Positions 20,293-31,128 are shown, numbered from the stretch's first letter. The stretch is 64,000 nucleotides of DNA from Candidatus Chisholmbacteria bacterium (GCA_963704905.1 CAVPHZ010000001.1:131438-195437), one strand, 5' to 3'. The notes: generated by a model from the letters alone, not told the origin. Translations and numbers: made by a program.

Positions 20293-21093
20293 TTAACTCC
20301 CAACTGCCGTAAATGCTTTTAGGTTTCGTTTCCAAAGCACATTTAATATAAATACTAGCACTACCAACCAACTCGCCTGGAAAAAAACTTGAATAAGTGC
20401 ATCAGTTCCCTGAATTTCCCCACTAATGATTCTGACAGGAATGTAATATCGAAATTGAAAGGGGAGCATTGAGGCAAGATTGGCTAGCCATTTGGGCATG
20501 AACTCAAAGGGCATCATGCTTCCACTAAATAACCAACCCAACATCCACTTTAAATGAGACAAGCTACTCGCCTCCTCGAACACGAAACCCATTGCAGTAA
20601 CCATCAAACTGTAAATTGCTTCCATTATATATGCCATGATCAGCATTCCCGGAAGGAGTAGAAATGAAGCGTTGAATGAATCTGGATAAATTTCTGGCAC
20701 GAAAATCTTGGAAATAATGAGCACCGGTGTAACAGTTGATACTAATGTCATCATCCGCCAACCTATTTCGCCAACAACTAAGCTAATCTTGAATGAATAC
20801 GGTTTGACGAGATTACTGACAATTTCTCCTGAACGGATTTTTTTTAATACATCTTCTTCAAAATGTGCTCCAGTTATATCTTGAACAATGAATCCGATGA
20901 CGTAATAGCCGATGAGGGATGTTTTTGAAATTCCAGCAATTTCGGCTTTGTCTCCATATGCGCTGAGCCATAACACTAGCGTCGCTATCAGAGGCATGGA
21001 GTCTATAATGCTCCATAACATTAATTCCGCTCTGAATGTCAGTGCTTCTTTCGTATCTGTTAGTAATAATGCGAAGTATTTTCTTAACTTCAT
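20293..21093 (-). CDS. ABC-2 family (DUF990-type) permease
   Basis: RSGEIVSNLVKP, FSGSMMPFEFMP, AFTAVGS. Confidence 0.85.
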   Translation of the reverse strand: MKLRKYFALLLTDTKEALTFRAELMLWSIIDSMPLIATLVLWLSAYGDKAEIAGISKTSLIGYYVIGFIVQDITGAHFEEDVLKKIRSGEIVSNLVKPYSFKISLVVGEIGWRMMTLVSTVTPVLIISKIFVPEIYPDSFNASFLLLPGMLIMAYIMEAIYSLMVTAMGFVFEEASSLSHLKWMLGWLFSGSMMPFEFMPKWLANLASMLPFQFRYYIPVRIISGEIQGTDALIQVFFQASWLVVLVFILNVLWKRNLKAFTAVGS

Positions 21094-21122
21094 ATTGCTT
21101 GATTACTTTTTAAGTCTAAAAT

Positions 21123-21149
21123 AAAAAACCCCGCTTGTGCGGGGTTTTT
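21123..21149 (-). terminator. Intrinsic terminator after HU gene (bidirectional form)
   Basis: AAAAAACCCCGC-TTGT-GCGGGGTTTTT perfect hairpin with A/T tracts. Confidence 0.85.
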
Positions 21150-21171
21150 CTAAATTACTTTAGATAATTGT

Positions 21172-21447
21172 TTACCAAACTGATTTCTTCAGTGGTTTCC
21201 CCGCTCTAAAATTTACTACTCTGTGTGCTTTTATTGTCGTTCGCTGATCTTCATTACCAAATGGAACGATTTGTTTATCTGCTACTTTTGAAATGTAAAA
21301 TGTTCCAAATCCTGAAAGCACTACTCGCTCGCCTTTTTTTAATGACCTTGCAATTTCATCTAAGAATACATCCATCGCCTCTGCGGCTGCTTTTTTTGTA
21401 AGATGCCCTTTCTTGGCAACGATGTCGACAAAATCTCGCTTAGTCAT
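21172..21447 (-). CDS. hup: HU family DNA-binding protein
   Basis: MTKRDFV...LKKGERVVLSGFGTF...FRAGKPLK; SD AAAGGAG before ATG 21447. Confidence 0.9.
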   Translation of the reverse strand: MTKRDFVDIVAKKGHLTKKAAAEAMDVFLDEIARSLKKGERVVLSGFGTFYISKVADKQIVPFGNEDQRTTIKAHRVVNFRAGKPLKKSVW

Positions 21448-21559
21448 TGTAACTCCTTTCGGTTCGCGTAGCGCGAACACCGCAATCACTTTTATAATTC
21501 AAACTATGTATTTAAGCTATACACCAGCAAAAATTCATTGTCAATGGGTAAATAGCCAC

Positions 21560-21594
21560 AAAAAGCCCGATCCTTCAAGAAATTTGACCGGGCT
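21560..21594 (-). terminator. Probable intrinsic terminator after rny
   Basis: AGCCCG...CGGGCT stem followed on the minus strand by TTTT. Confidence 0.55.
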
Positions 21595-21606
21595 GTACGT
21601 TTACAA

Positions 21607-23121
21607 TTACTTTGCGACGTCTGATGCTCTTACCTCACGGACAACTGTCACTTTCACAGTTCCAGGGTAGGTCATTTCTTTTTCAATACGCACCTTAAGG
21701 TCATGAGCTATTTTTTCGGTTGCCTGATCCGAAACCTCTTTCGGTTCAACAATCACTCTCACTTCACGACCTGCTTGAATTGCATACGCTTCTTTTACAC
21801 CCTTATATGAAGTTGCGAGCTCTTCCAAAGTTGTTAAACGTTTGACATACTCTTCATAGTTCTCGTAGCGTGCTCCTGGTCGACTCCCCGAAATTGCGTC
21901 TGCAATATAGACTAGCGCAGATTCCTTAGTGCTTATCGGCTCGTCTTCATGATGCTGTGCTACACAATCCACGACTGACTGAGGAATGTTGTACTGTTTC
22001 AGAAATTTCACACCGAGTTCAACATGACTTCCTTCTTCATCTGTAATGATCTTACCGATATCGTGAAGAAGACATCCAAGACGAACGGTGTCTACATCAG
22101 CTCCAACTTCATGGGCGAGTTTTATCCCAATCTTTGTTTCTTCAAGAGTATGGGAAATCATGTTCTGGCCGTAGGAGAATCGGTATTTGAAATGGCCAAG
22201 CTTCTGCACTATGTCTCGGGGAAGATTGTAGACTTTTACCGCATGGCAGAGTTTTCTCCCTTCTTCAAACATCACTCGATCGATTTCATTTCTCGCTTTA
22301 GTGACAAATTCCTCTATTCTTGATGGTTGGATACGACCATCTGCAATGAGTCTCATGAGAGCAACTTTTGCAACTTCTCTTCGAACTGGATCAAAACTAC
22401 TTAATCGTACTTCTCCGGGTGTCTCGTCAAGATCGATGTCAACCCCTGTTGCTCGCTCAAGAGAACGAATGTTGCGACCCTCTTTCCCGATAATTCTTCC
22501 TTTCATCTCATCGTCTGGAAGTTTTACAGTTGAAACCGAATATTCTGCTACATAATCAGTTGCACCAAGACGCATGCTGTCTATGAGAATTTCTCGTGCT
22601 TTCTCCTCAGAATCCTCCTTGGCTCGCTCTTCTGCCTCTCGAATACGCTTACTCATCTGCTCAGCTAACTCTTTATCCAGTTCAGCAAAAAGGGTTTTTG
22701 AGGCTTCATCTTTGGTGAGCTTTGAAACTTGCTCGAGTTTTTCGAGTTGTTCTTTTTTCAGCAGCTCTGTTTGATTGAGGTTCTCTTCAATCTGAGCTCT
22801 TAACCTTTCGAGCTCCTCTTGTCTTTTTTGTAGGTGAGATTGCCGCTCTTCAAGGTGTGCTTCCGTTCTGGTAAGTTGCCTTTGCAATTCCGCTAATTCT
22901 TCACGGAGTCTCCGCGATTCTTCTTCTGCTCCCCGGCGGATTCGCAACGCTTCATCTTTTGCATCAATAATGATTTCTCTGGCTTTGGCTTGAGCAGCAG
23001 AAAGATCAACCTTCGCAGGAGCTGGTTCCTGTTTTTTTATGATTTTTCTCTGAGGTTGTGGTCTTGCTGTTTTACTCTCTTTTGGAAGAAAAACCTTTTG
23101 AAATGAACTAAATAACTTCAT
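21607..23121 (-). CDS. rny: Ribonuclease Y
   Basis: Coiled coil, KH motif KGRIIGKEGRNIR, HD motif LLHDIGK, YAIQAGREVRV, YPGTVKVTVVRE. Confidence 0.96.
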   Translation of the reverse strand: MKLFSSFQKVFLPKESKTARPQPQRKIIKKQEPAPAKVDLSAAQAKAREIIIDAKDEALRIRRGAEEESRRLREELAELQRQLTRTEAHLEERQSHLQKRQEELERLRAQIEENLNQTELLKKEQLEKLEQVSKLTKDEASKTLFAELDKELAEQMSKRIREAEERAKEDSEEKAREILIDSMRLGATDYVAEYSVSTVKLPDDEMKGRIIGKEGRNIRSLERATGVDIDLDETPGEVRLSSFDPVRREVAKVALMRLIADGRIQPSRIEEFVTKARNEIDRVMFEEGRKLCHAVKVYNLPRDIVQKLGHFKYRFSYGQNMISHTLEETKIGIKLAHEVGADVDTVRLGCLLHDIGKIITDEEGSHVELGVKFLKQYNIPQSVVDCVAQHHEDEPISTKESALVYIADAISGSRPGARYENYEEYVKRLTTLEELATSYKGVKEAYAIQAGREVRVIVEPKEVSDQATEKIAHDLKVRIEKEMTYPGTVKVTVVREVRASDVAK

Positions 23122-23291
23122 ACTCTATCCTTTCAAGTAAATAGTTGTAAGCTACGCGGAAATAATGCCAGAGAAAAATTCGCCCACTCTTATGGTGTTC
23201 GCTGTTGTCGAAGAGGTCTGCTCACTATTTGTTGTAATTTCATCTTCGAGTACTAGTAATTGTCCAATGACATCATTTAAGCGTAAGTATT

Positions 23292-23928
23292 CTACTGTTT
23301 TCCTGTTACCTCGTCAACGACGCTTTTGATGATATTCCATGCAAAGCCTCTTCTTCTGAGATAGTCGATGAGCTTTTGTTGAGCTCGAGGATCAGAATTT
23401 TTTAAAAGTTTTTTGCTTTTTTAAAGCGGACTCCCTGGCTGACTCAATTTCATCTCTTCCTTTGAGTGCATTGCTAATGATGTGATTATCTATTCCCTTC
23501 ATTCGAAGCTCTTGAGTTATTGCGAAGTTTCCTTTGGGACGATGTTTCGTCCTCTGCTCGATCCACCACTGGGAAAACTCTTCGTCGTTGATAATATTTT
23601 TTTGCTTTAATTTATTGACCACTTTATCTATTAGCTTTTGTTTATTTTTTATTTTTGCCTGTTTATAGAGTTTTCGATGTAGATATGTTTGAATTTCTTT
23701 TTGAGATCGAGGTCTGTATGAAAGGTAATTCAATGTCTGAGATGTTAATTTTTCTTCTATTGATGTATTCAGAAGTTTTTGCAGTTGATTGCTGGAGATT
23801 TCTGTTCCTTCCTTTAGCTTCTGTTTGACCACTATAGACAAATCGAGACCTGTCACAAATTTTCCATCAATAAAAAGGTTTGCTATTTTCTTGTTCTTTT
23901 GCAATGTAATTGCAGTGATTTGTGGCAT
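23292..23928 (-). CDS. recx: Regulatory protein RecX, frameshifted in an A-run near 23400
   Basis: YLSYRPRSQKEI, ITQELRMKGI; shifted frame gives QKLIDYLRRRGFAWNII...*; directly downstream of recA. Confidence 0.88.
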
Positions 23929-23955
23929 TGAGTGGAATTTACAATTGGAAGTTTC

Positions 23956-25023
23956 TCAAGAATCCTCGGGTTGGTGGGTTTTTGCACTTGGTTTTGTTTT
24001 CTTTTCCTTTACCATTTTGTATACTTCGTTTTCTATTTCTTTTGCGAGTTTCTTGTCTTCCATGAGAATCTGTTTAGCTGCTTCTCTCCCTTGAGCCAGT
24101 ACTTCTTCTTTGTATTTGAGAAAGCTACCTGATTTTTCAATAACTCCGAGATCAGTGGCTACATCTAGTAAACTTCCCGATGATGAAATTCCTGCATCAT
24201 TCATGATATCGAACTCAGTAATTCGGAATGGGGGTGCAACTTTGTTTTTTACCACTTTTACTCGATGACGTGATCCGACAATCAGCTCCCCATCTTGAAT
24301 GTTTCCTATCTTTCGCATGTCAATTCTGATTGAGGAGTAATACTTGAGTGCATGTCCTCCTGTAGTGGTTTCAGGATTTCCAAACATTACACCGATTTTC
24401 ATTCGAAGTTGGTTGGTAAAAATCATCACCGTCTTTGAACGAGCGATCGCACCTGATAATTTCCTCATAGCTTGACTCATTAATCTTGCCTGAACTCCAA
24501 TTATTGAGTCTCCCATATCCCCTTCGATTTCTGCTTTTGGCACGAGTGCAGCGACTGAATCAATGCAAATGACGTCGACTCCACCGGAGCGGATAAGTGT
24601 TTCGGCTATTTCTAATGCTTGTTCTCCTGTGTCTGGCTGAGAAACGAGAAGCTCGTCAAGATTTACACCAATTGCAGCTCCTCGTTGCGGATCGAGCGCA
24701 TGTTCGGCGTCGATAAACGCTGCTGTTCCACCCATCTTCTGTGCCTGTGCAATGACGTGAAGACAGAGGGTTGTTTTTCCACTCGCCTCTGGACCAAATA
24801 TTTCTGCTATTCTCCCGCGCGGTAAACCCCCAACTCCCAGTGCGATATCTAATCCAAGCGCGCCAGTTGGTATCGATGAAATACCTTCTAACTTTGAAGG
24901 AGCATCCCCGAGCTTCATTATTGATCCTTTTCCGTATTGCTTTTCGATCTGCTCCATTGCAATGTTGACTGCTTGAAGCCGTTTCGACTGTTTGTCTTCT
25001 TTGGAAGTTTTTTCTTTCTTCAT
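23956..25023 (-). CDS. recA: Recombinase RecA
   Basis: [43 protein letters not shown]. Confidence 0.99.
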   Translation of the reverse strand: MKKEKTSKEDKQSKRLQAVNIAMEQIEKQYGKGSIMKLGDAPSKLEGISSIPTGALGLDIALGVGGLPRGRIAEIFGPEASGKTTLCLHVIAQAQKMGGTAAFIDAEHALDPQRGAAIGVNLDELLVSQPDTGEQALEIAETLIRSGGVDVICIDSVAALVPKAEIEGDMGDSIIGVQARLMSQAMRKLSGAIARSKTVMIFTNQLRMKIGVMFGNPETTTGGHALKYYSSIRIDMRKIGNIQDGELIVGSRHRVKVVKNKVAPPFRITEFDIMNDAGISSSGSLLDVATDLGVIEKSGSFLKYKEEVLAQGREAAKQILMEDKKLAKEIENEVYKMVKEKKTKPSAKTHQPEDS

Positions 25024-25758
25024 TTAAATAATGATCTCTTCTGTTTGAGGATCTATTGTAGCAGGGGGTTCTTGGTTTTCAAGTAGTGAACTCTCAATAT
25101 CCGCAATGATTGATTGAACATCAGTTATCAATTCTTTATTCACTTTGATCGATTGAACTGTTCGTGATCCTAATAATATATTAATTGCAATTAATATCAT
25201 TAAAGATATTGTTCCAAGATATTGGAGGGCTTTGTTTGAATGAATTACCTTTGTTCCGCTTACATGGTCGTGCCAACCTTTGTTTTCTTTGTCTCGTATT
25301 ATCCAGAAAAATCCAAATCCGTATAGTAATCCTGCAACAAAATAGCCAATAACATATCGGAATGTTGATTGTTTTATGTCTAATAGGTTCTCATCATTGC
25401 TAACAATCTTAATTCCCGAAATGAGCTTCCCTATTGTGCCCCCTAATTTACTTGTCATGAAAATAATATAAAGTGCTGTGAGCGCTGGATAGATAAACAC
25501 AATGAAGTACAAACAAAATGCGATCGATGTCAGGACATCCTCTATGCTTGGGTTATTTGAAAACACTGCATATGTAAGCGCAAGGAAAATTCCTGTATTT
25601 ATGAATGTGTCAATAAGAGATGCCTGCAAGCGAATGAAATATCCTACGTTGCGTGTGATGTGTTGATTGTCTGTTTGCTGCGACATTGAAGAGTGCTCGC
25701 TCATAATCTCTGGTTTTGCTTCTTCTTGAGTTATTGGTATGTTTGATGAACTATTCAT
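25024..25758 (-). CDS. RDD family membrane protein
   Basis: R...ID, TIGKLISGIKIV, GWHDHVSGTKVI. Confidence 0.85.
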   Translation of the reverse strand: MNSSSNIPITQEEAKPEIMSEHSSMSQQTDNQHITRNVGYFIRLQASLIDTFINTGIFLALTYAVFSNNPSIEDVLTSIAFCLYFIVFIYPALTALYIIFMTSKLGGTIGKLISGIKIVSNDENLLDIKQSTFRYVIGYFVAGLLYGFGFFWIIRDKENKGWHDHVSGTKVIHSNKALQYLGTISLMILIAINILLGSRTVQSIKVNKELITDVQSIIADIESSLLENQEPPATIDPQTEEIII

Positions 25759-26808
25759 TTATTTTTCTGGCTCTTTCTCAGCTGGCTTATTATTTGATTC
25801 AATACCATCTATTTCTCTTATGAATAATGTCCAATTCGAAGTTTTAAATACTAAAAATACTCCCTTGATTAAAACGGAAAGCATGAAGAGGACCAGAAGT
25901 GGGATACCGACAAGCACTGCAATAACAATCCCAATTTCTTTTCCAATGACAAAAGCAAAAGTAATAATTATGCCAAGTAGTCCAATAATAATCACGGTTA
26001 CACAACCAATAGCACAACCAAATCCGAGGTGAATTGCGGCAAGGCCAAACATTTTAAATGCATACTTTTTTGCAAGTGTTAGTCCCTGTCTGAATGCTGT
26101 AGTAAATGAAAGATTCTTTCTTACAATGAGCTGTTCAGCAGCAATTGTGGCTAAGGCTAATAAAATACCTCCAACAACGATCACAAGTACCGCTGTAAAA
26201 ATAGCTAGAATTCCTAATGCAATTTTGAGACCAACATTTTCAAAGATTAAGAAGCCGATATAAAATAATCCTGAAATAAGAAGAATGACCAACCCAAAGA
26301 GAAACCCTGGAAAAAAATGGAGAAGCATCAATCGTTTGACAGATGAGAGGCCATGCTTTGCCCCAGAGCGAAGTGAGATTGTATTGTTATCCTCAATATC
26401 GTGAATAGATGCGATAAGCGCACCTCTTGCCCATTCCCTGAGAAAGAGACTCAATATTATCGCAGCGATAATTGCTACAACAATACTAATGCCGAGAATA
26501 ATCCAAACACTTACGGGAATGTTAGACACTACATCGGTGATCCTATCCGTCGCTGCACCCAGCACTTTGCTGGTGGTTTCTGGAATCTCATCGATTTTAA
26601 ATTCCTGAGGAAATTTAAAATCAGTACCACTTGACTCTCCACCGCCGCTACCACCTCCGCTGAAGTTATAGTTCGATCCCCCTGAGGAGAACGTGGCGAG
26701 AGCCATGCCAAAGACCCATAAAACCTTGTAGGTCTTGGTTATATTCCATGATCGTTTGAGAATGCGCTCGTAGTCCAGATTACTATGATGATAATGAATT
26801 CTTTTCAA
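25759..26808 (-). CDS. Multi-pass membrane protein of unknown function
   Basis: 349-aa ORF, several TM helices, Gly/Ser loop; in operon between two RDD genes. Confidence 0.7.
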   Translation of the reverse strand: MKRIHYHHSNLDYERILKRSWNITKTYKVLWVFGMALATFSSGGSNYNFSGGGSGGGESSGTDFKFPQEFKIDEIPETTSKVLGAATDRITDVVSNIPVSVWIILGISIVVAIIAAIILSLFLREWARGALIASIHDIEDNNTISLRSGAKHGLSSVKRLMLLHFFPGFLFGLVILLISGLFYIGFLIFENVGLKIALGILAIFTAVLVIVVGGILLALATIAAEQLIVRKNLSFTTAFRQGLTLAKKYAFKMFGLAAIHLGFGCAIGCVTVIIIGLLGIIITFAFVIGKEIGIVIAVLVGIPLLVLFMLSVLIKGVFLVFKTSNWTLFIREIDGIESNNKPAEKEPEK

Positions 26809-27376
26809 CTACTAGAGTTCCAGCAATTTTATCGTGCCAAGTTTGTTTTTTCTCATCCCAAATTGCCCAAAAATATCCTAATCCAAACACGATCGCTGAA
26901 ACAAACTTACCGATGGCTTCTCTAAGGAATGCTTTAGTTACAGTGAGCGGTTGCAAGTCGGTATCGACTACGACGAGTCCTAGTGCCATTTTCCCTGGAG
27001 TTGCACCTTTTTTAGCTAAAAATCCTACGTAATATAGTAGGTTGAGTACAATTGAAATACTAAAAACTCCAAGTGACATTAATGTACTTGTCGTATCTGC
27101 TAGATCGGGAACAGTTGCTGAACCTAAACCAGCTGCAATTGATGCAATTATTGAAATCGTGAAATTGACAGAACCAATAATCAATCCGTCAATTAATACT
27201 GCCACAAATCGTTTTAAAACACCTCCATATACAACAGTGCTGGAGTTTGTTTTTTCAGGTTGTGATGGAGACTGATCGTTTTGTTGTGGCTCCTGATTTT
27301 GATTTTCTTCCTTAGGAGCGTCAGTTGGATTAGGCTCGGGCTGCTGCGTCGGTGCTTGGGTTGGCTGTTCTTCTAT
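26783..27376 (-). CDS. RDD family protein with Pro/Gln-rich N-terminus (candidate ATA start)
   Basis: YGGVLKRFVAVLIDG, TPGKMALGL, WHDKIAGTLVV; frame open up to GGAGGT-AAG-ATA at 27376. Confidence 0.8.
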   Translation of the reverse strand: MEEQPTQAPTQQPEPNPTDAPKEENQNQEPQQNDQSPSQPEKTNSSTVVYGGVLKRFVAVLIDGLIIGSVNFTISIIASIAAGLGSATVPDLADTTSTLMSLGVFSISIVLNLLYYVGFLAKKGATPGKMALGLVVVDTDLQPLTVTKAFLREAIGKFVSAIVFGLGYFWAIWDEKKQTWHDKIAGTLVVEKNSLSS

Positions 27377-27504
27377 CTTACCTCCTCTAGATTATTTAAT
27401 CATACCCTCGTGTTAGAATACAAGACATCGAGATGTTCTATGCTGGAAGTACTCATTTAACCAGCGCTAGTTAGAATGAAATAAACGGATTGCTGGTTTA
27501 CATT

Positions 27505-27575
27505 CGGGGCATGGTCTAGTGGTAAGATAGGCGCATGGGGTGCGTCTGACCCTGGTTCAATTCCAGGTGCCCCGA
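27505..27575 (+). tRNA. tRNA-Pro (GGG)
   Basis: CGGGGCA/TGCCCCG acceptor stem, GGCGC-ATGGGGT-GCGTC anticodon arm, CCTGG-TTCAATT-CCAGG T arm; CCA not encoded. Confidence 0.93.
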
Positions 27576-27675
27576 CTATCATTTCGGCTAATGAGTGTGT
27601 ATATTATCGTTCCCTACTTTTCGGTAGGAAGAAATCCGGGCAGCTGATCTATCTCCCATATCTGTATCCGTAATC

Positions 27676-30060
27676 ATGAAATCTTCATATTTCAATCATC
27701 TTCTGCTCATCGTTGTATTTCTCACTGGTGCAGCAGTTCTTATTGTTGAGGTGGTAGCAACCCGGATTCTCTCTCCATACTTCGGGAATACTATTTATAC
27801 CTTCTCAAGTGTGATTGGAGTGATTTTGGCTGCATTAAGTTTGGGATATTATTTTGGCGGTAGGCTAGCTGATCAAAATCCAACTCTCAGATGGTTTTTT
27901 GGAATTATATATAGTGCTGGACTGAGCATTTTTTTTCTTGAGACTCTGATTATTTTTCAGCTTCCTATCTTTGGCTACAAATTTACTATTCTCACCGGAC
28001 CGTTATTCTCCTCGTTGATACTCTTTTTTCTCCCAAGCACTATACTTGGGTCTTTATCGCCTTATGCGATAGCACTTTTGAATAAACATTCTCCAAAACA
28101 AGGTGTTGGAACGACGTCCGGACTTGTCTTTTTTTGGTCCACAATTGGAAGTATTGTTGGAAGCTTGCTGACAGGATTTTATCTTATTCCAACCTTTGGC
28201 GTTCATCAAATCATATTTTCTGTAGGAGCGTTGCTGCTGGTTATTAGTCTGCTTGGTTTACTTGGTGCTGGAGTGCGACGCAAAGTTATGTTTCAACTAA
28301 TTACTGTTTCAGCGTTGGTTATGGTTCTGGTGCTTTCGTTTGTGCTCTCGATTCATCATGTCAGTGCTGTTTATGATCGCGATGGTGTTTATGAACACAT
28401 CACTATTCGTGACGGGATATTTAACAATCAACCTACTCGATTTTTTCAGCAGGATAAAAGCATGTCGGCAGCAATGTATCTCAATTCTGATGAGCATGTT
28501 TTTGACTACACAAAATATTATGCTTTGCAGACTATTTTTGTGTCAGAAGTAACGAAGGCTTTGGTGCTTGGAGGTGGAGCATATACCGTTCCAAAATCTC
28601 TTCTCAAAGATCTTCCTCAGGCTCAAATTGACGTCGTTGAGATAGAACCTTCACTTATTTCATTAGCTCAGCAGTACTTTGAGCTTGAGAATAATTCCCG
28701 ACTGACAAACTACATTCAGGATGGAAGACGGTTTCTTCACGACACGTCAAATCAATATGATCTTATCTATAGTGATGTATATTATTCAATCTTTTCTATT
28801 CCCACACATTTCACGACGAGAGAGTTTTTTCAGCTAGCCCTAGATCATCTTTCCGAAGACGGTGTATTTATTGCAAACATTATTGGAAATCTTTCAAGAC
28901 AATCACCTTCATTTCTCCTCAGCGAAATGCGGACGTTTCAGTCTGTCTTTCCCCAAACATATTTCTTTGCTGTTGATTCTCCTGGTCAAAGCCAATCACA
29001 GAACATCACCTTTGTTGGAACGACTAAAAAGGATATTGTTAATTTTTCTGATCCATATTTTCTTGATCATGAGAATCCACTTTTTCGGGAGTTGGCAGAA
29101 AAACAACTTGATGTAGACCGACTCGAACTTTCTCAAAACATTGTATTTCAAGATGATTATGCACCAGTAGATTTTTATACTTCAAAATTGCTTCAGCGTG
29201 AAACGCGCAAACCATATAACAATTTTGAAGGAGCTGAAGCGCTTGCATTGATTGAACAACAACTGCGCTACGGACCGCGTTATATTGGAAGTGAGGGGCA
29301 CAATAAAAGCGTTGATTTTATTTCCGCCGAACTTGATGCCTTAGTTGATACAGTCCACCTGCAACGCTGGCAACACTCTTCGGCGGACCAGTCTCAGATT
29401 TCGCTAACTAACATCATTGGCCGGATTCGACCAGAATTATCGCGAAGAATACTTCTGGGGACCCATTACGATAGTAAGCGATTTGCAGAGCTTGATCATG
29501 AGCACCCATTCCTCTCGGTTCCTGGTGCAAATGATTCTGCTTCCGGAACTGCAGTGCTTCTTGAACTGGCTCGCTCTTTAGCAAATTCAAACATGCAATT
29601 GAATGTTGGAGTTGATTTGGTTTTTTTTGATGGAGAGGAAGGTGAACATGACCTGTCTCATACCGAGTGGACTCCATTGGGTTCAACATATTTTTCAAAT
29701 CATCTTGATCAATATTATCCAAGAGCTCATCCTGAAAGTATGATCGTGATCGACATGGTTTGCGATAAAGATCTTACTATTTATAAAGAAGGCTCATCTG
29801 TTCAACATGCTCCTGAATTAGTTGATCGATTTTGGAGGATATCGAGTAGAACCTGGCCTGAAATATTTAAAAATCAAGTTCGCTATACCATTGGAGACGA
29901 CCACACTCCGCTTCAAATCAAGGGAATACCGAGTATGCTGATTATTGATTTTGAGTACCCTCCATTTCACACGACTGAAGACATAGCTGATAAGTGTAGT
30001 GCTGCGAGTTTGGAAGTTGTTGGTAAATCACTAGTTGATTATCTTTCTTCACTTGACTAA
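27676..30060 (+). CDS. Membrane spermidine synthase-like protein (TM + SAM domain) fused to M28 family peptidase
   Basis: TM N-terminus, LVLGGGAY, VVEIEP, DGRRFL, DDYAPVD; then GTHYDSK, GANDSASG, FFDGEE, DMV, DDHTP, HTTED. Confidence 0.85.
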   Translation: MKSSYFNHLLLIVVFLTGAAVLIVEVVATRILSPYFGNTIYTFSSVIGVILAALSLGYYFGGRLADQNPTLRWFFGIIYSAGLSIFFLETLIIFQLPIFGYKFTILTGPLFSSLILFFLPSTILGSLSPYAIALLNKHSPKQGVGTTSGLVFFWSTIGSIVGSLLTGFYLIPTFGVHQIIFSVGALLLVISLLGLLGAGVRRKVMFQLITVSALVMVLVLSFVLSIHHVSAVYDRDGVYEHITIRDGIFNNQPTRFFQQDKSMSAAMYLNSDEHVFDYTKYYALQTIFVSEVTKALVLGGGAYTVPKSLLKDLPQAQIDVVEIEPSLISLAQQYFELENNSRLTNYIQDGRRFLHDTSNQYDLIYSDVYYSIFSIPTHFTTREFFQLALDHLSEDGVFIANIIGNLSRQSPSFLLSEMRTFQSVFPQTYFFAVDSPGQSQSQNITFVGTTKKDIVNFSDPYFLDHENPLFRELAEKQLDVDRLELSQNIVFQDDYAPVDFYTSKLLQRETRKPYNNFEGAEALALIEQQLRYGPRYIGSEGHNKSVDFISAELDALVDTVHLQRWQHSSADQSQISLTNIIGRIRPELSRRILLGTHYDSKRFAELDHEHPFLSVPGANDSASGTAVLLELARSLANSNMQLNVGVDLVFFDGEEGEHDLSHTEWTPLGSTYFSNHLDQYYPRAHPESMIVIDMVCDKDLTIYKEGSSVQHAPELVDRFWRISSRTWPEIFKNQVRYTIGDDHTPLQIKGIPSMLIIDFEYPPFHTTEDIADKCSAASLEVVGKSLVDYLSSLD

Positions 30061-30183
30061 AGTTTGATACATACTCTTTACTAGTAATGTTCAAAAATTA
30101 TTTTCCCCGTTGTATAATAATGAAGTTTTCATTTGTACTTAGTTCTGATAGGGTTCTTTTGCTTATGTAGTACAGTAAAAAGG

Positions 30184-31128
30184 ATGCGTATGAAAGATCT
30201 TCTTGTTGTTGCTCTGGGAGGAAATGCAATTAAAAGCGCCAAAGAAAAAGGTACCAATGAAGAACAGTTTGTGAATGTTAACAAAACTACCCAACATCTT
30301 GCCCAGCTGGTAAAACGAGGATATCGTCTTGTCATTACCCATGGCAATGGTCCGCAAGTTGGCAATCTTCTCATCCAGCATGATTCTGCAAAAGACTTAG
30401 TCCCAGCGCTTCCTATGGATGTGTGCGGATCTCAAACTCAAGGTCAGATCGGGTACATGATTCAGCAAACACTCCGAAATCACTTTGCCAAGATGAAGTT
30501 TCGAAAATCTGTAGCAACAGTCGTCACACAAGTTGAGGTTGATCTAAAGGATTCAGCGTTTCAAAACCCATCCAAACCAGTTGGTCCTTTTTATGACAAG
30601 AAAGGTGGAGAGGTACTCAAGAAAAAAGGATTTGCAGTAGTCGAAGATTCTGGGCGCGGTTACCGCCGAGTGGTTCCCTCCCCACTTCCGAAACATATCG
30701 TTGAGATCGATGCGGTACGGAGTTTACTTAAGAATGGAACAATCGTTATCGCTTCTGGAGGGGGAGGGATACCAGTCATAAAGAAATACAATAAATTTCA
30801 GGGCGTTGAAGCGGTCATTGATAAGGACTTTGCAGGAGAGCTCCTCGCTGAAGAGGTGAAGGCTGACCGATTTATTATCCTCACTGATGTTGAGCAGGTA
30901 GCAATTTACTTCAATACACCAAAGCAAAAGAATTTGTCTAAAATGACTGTTGCTGAAGCCGAACAGTATTATATCGAGGGTCACTTTGCACCCGGAAGTA
31001 TGGGACCAAAAGTATTGGCAGCAATTAAATTTGTGAAAGCTGGTGGAAAGCAATCGTTAATTACACATCCGTTTAGAATTCTTGAAGCCTTAAAGGGGAA
31101 AGCCGGTACTTCGATCAACCGACTGTAA
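30184..31128 (+). CDS. arcC: Carbamate kinase
   Basis: VVALGGNA, THGNGPQVG, YRRVVPSP, GGGGIPV, AVIDKD, GSMGPK. Confidence 0.96.
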   Translation: MRMKDLLVVALGGNAIKSAKEKGTNEEQFVNVNKTTQHLAQLVKRGYRLVITHGNGPQVGNLLIQHDSAKDLVPALPMDVCGSQTQGQIGYMIQQTLRNHFAKMKFRKSVATVVTQVEVDLKDSAFQNPSKPVGPFYDKKGGEVLKKKGFAVVEDSGRGYRRVVPSPLPKHIVEIDAVRSLLKNGTIVIASGGGGIPVIKKYNKFQGVEAVIDKDFAGELLAEEVKADRFIILTDVEQVAIYFNTPKQKNLSKMTVAEAEQYYIEGHFAPGSMGPKVLAAIKFVKAGGKQSLITHPFRILEALKGKAGTSINRL

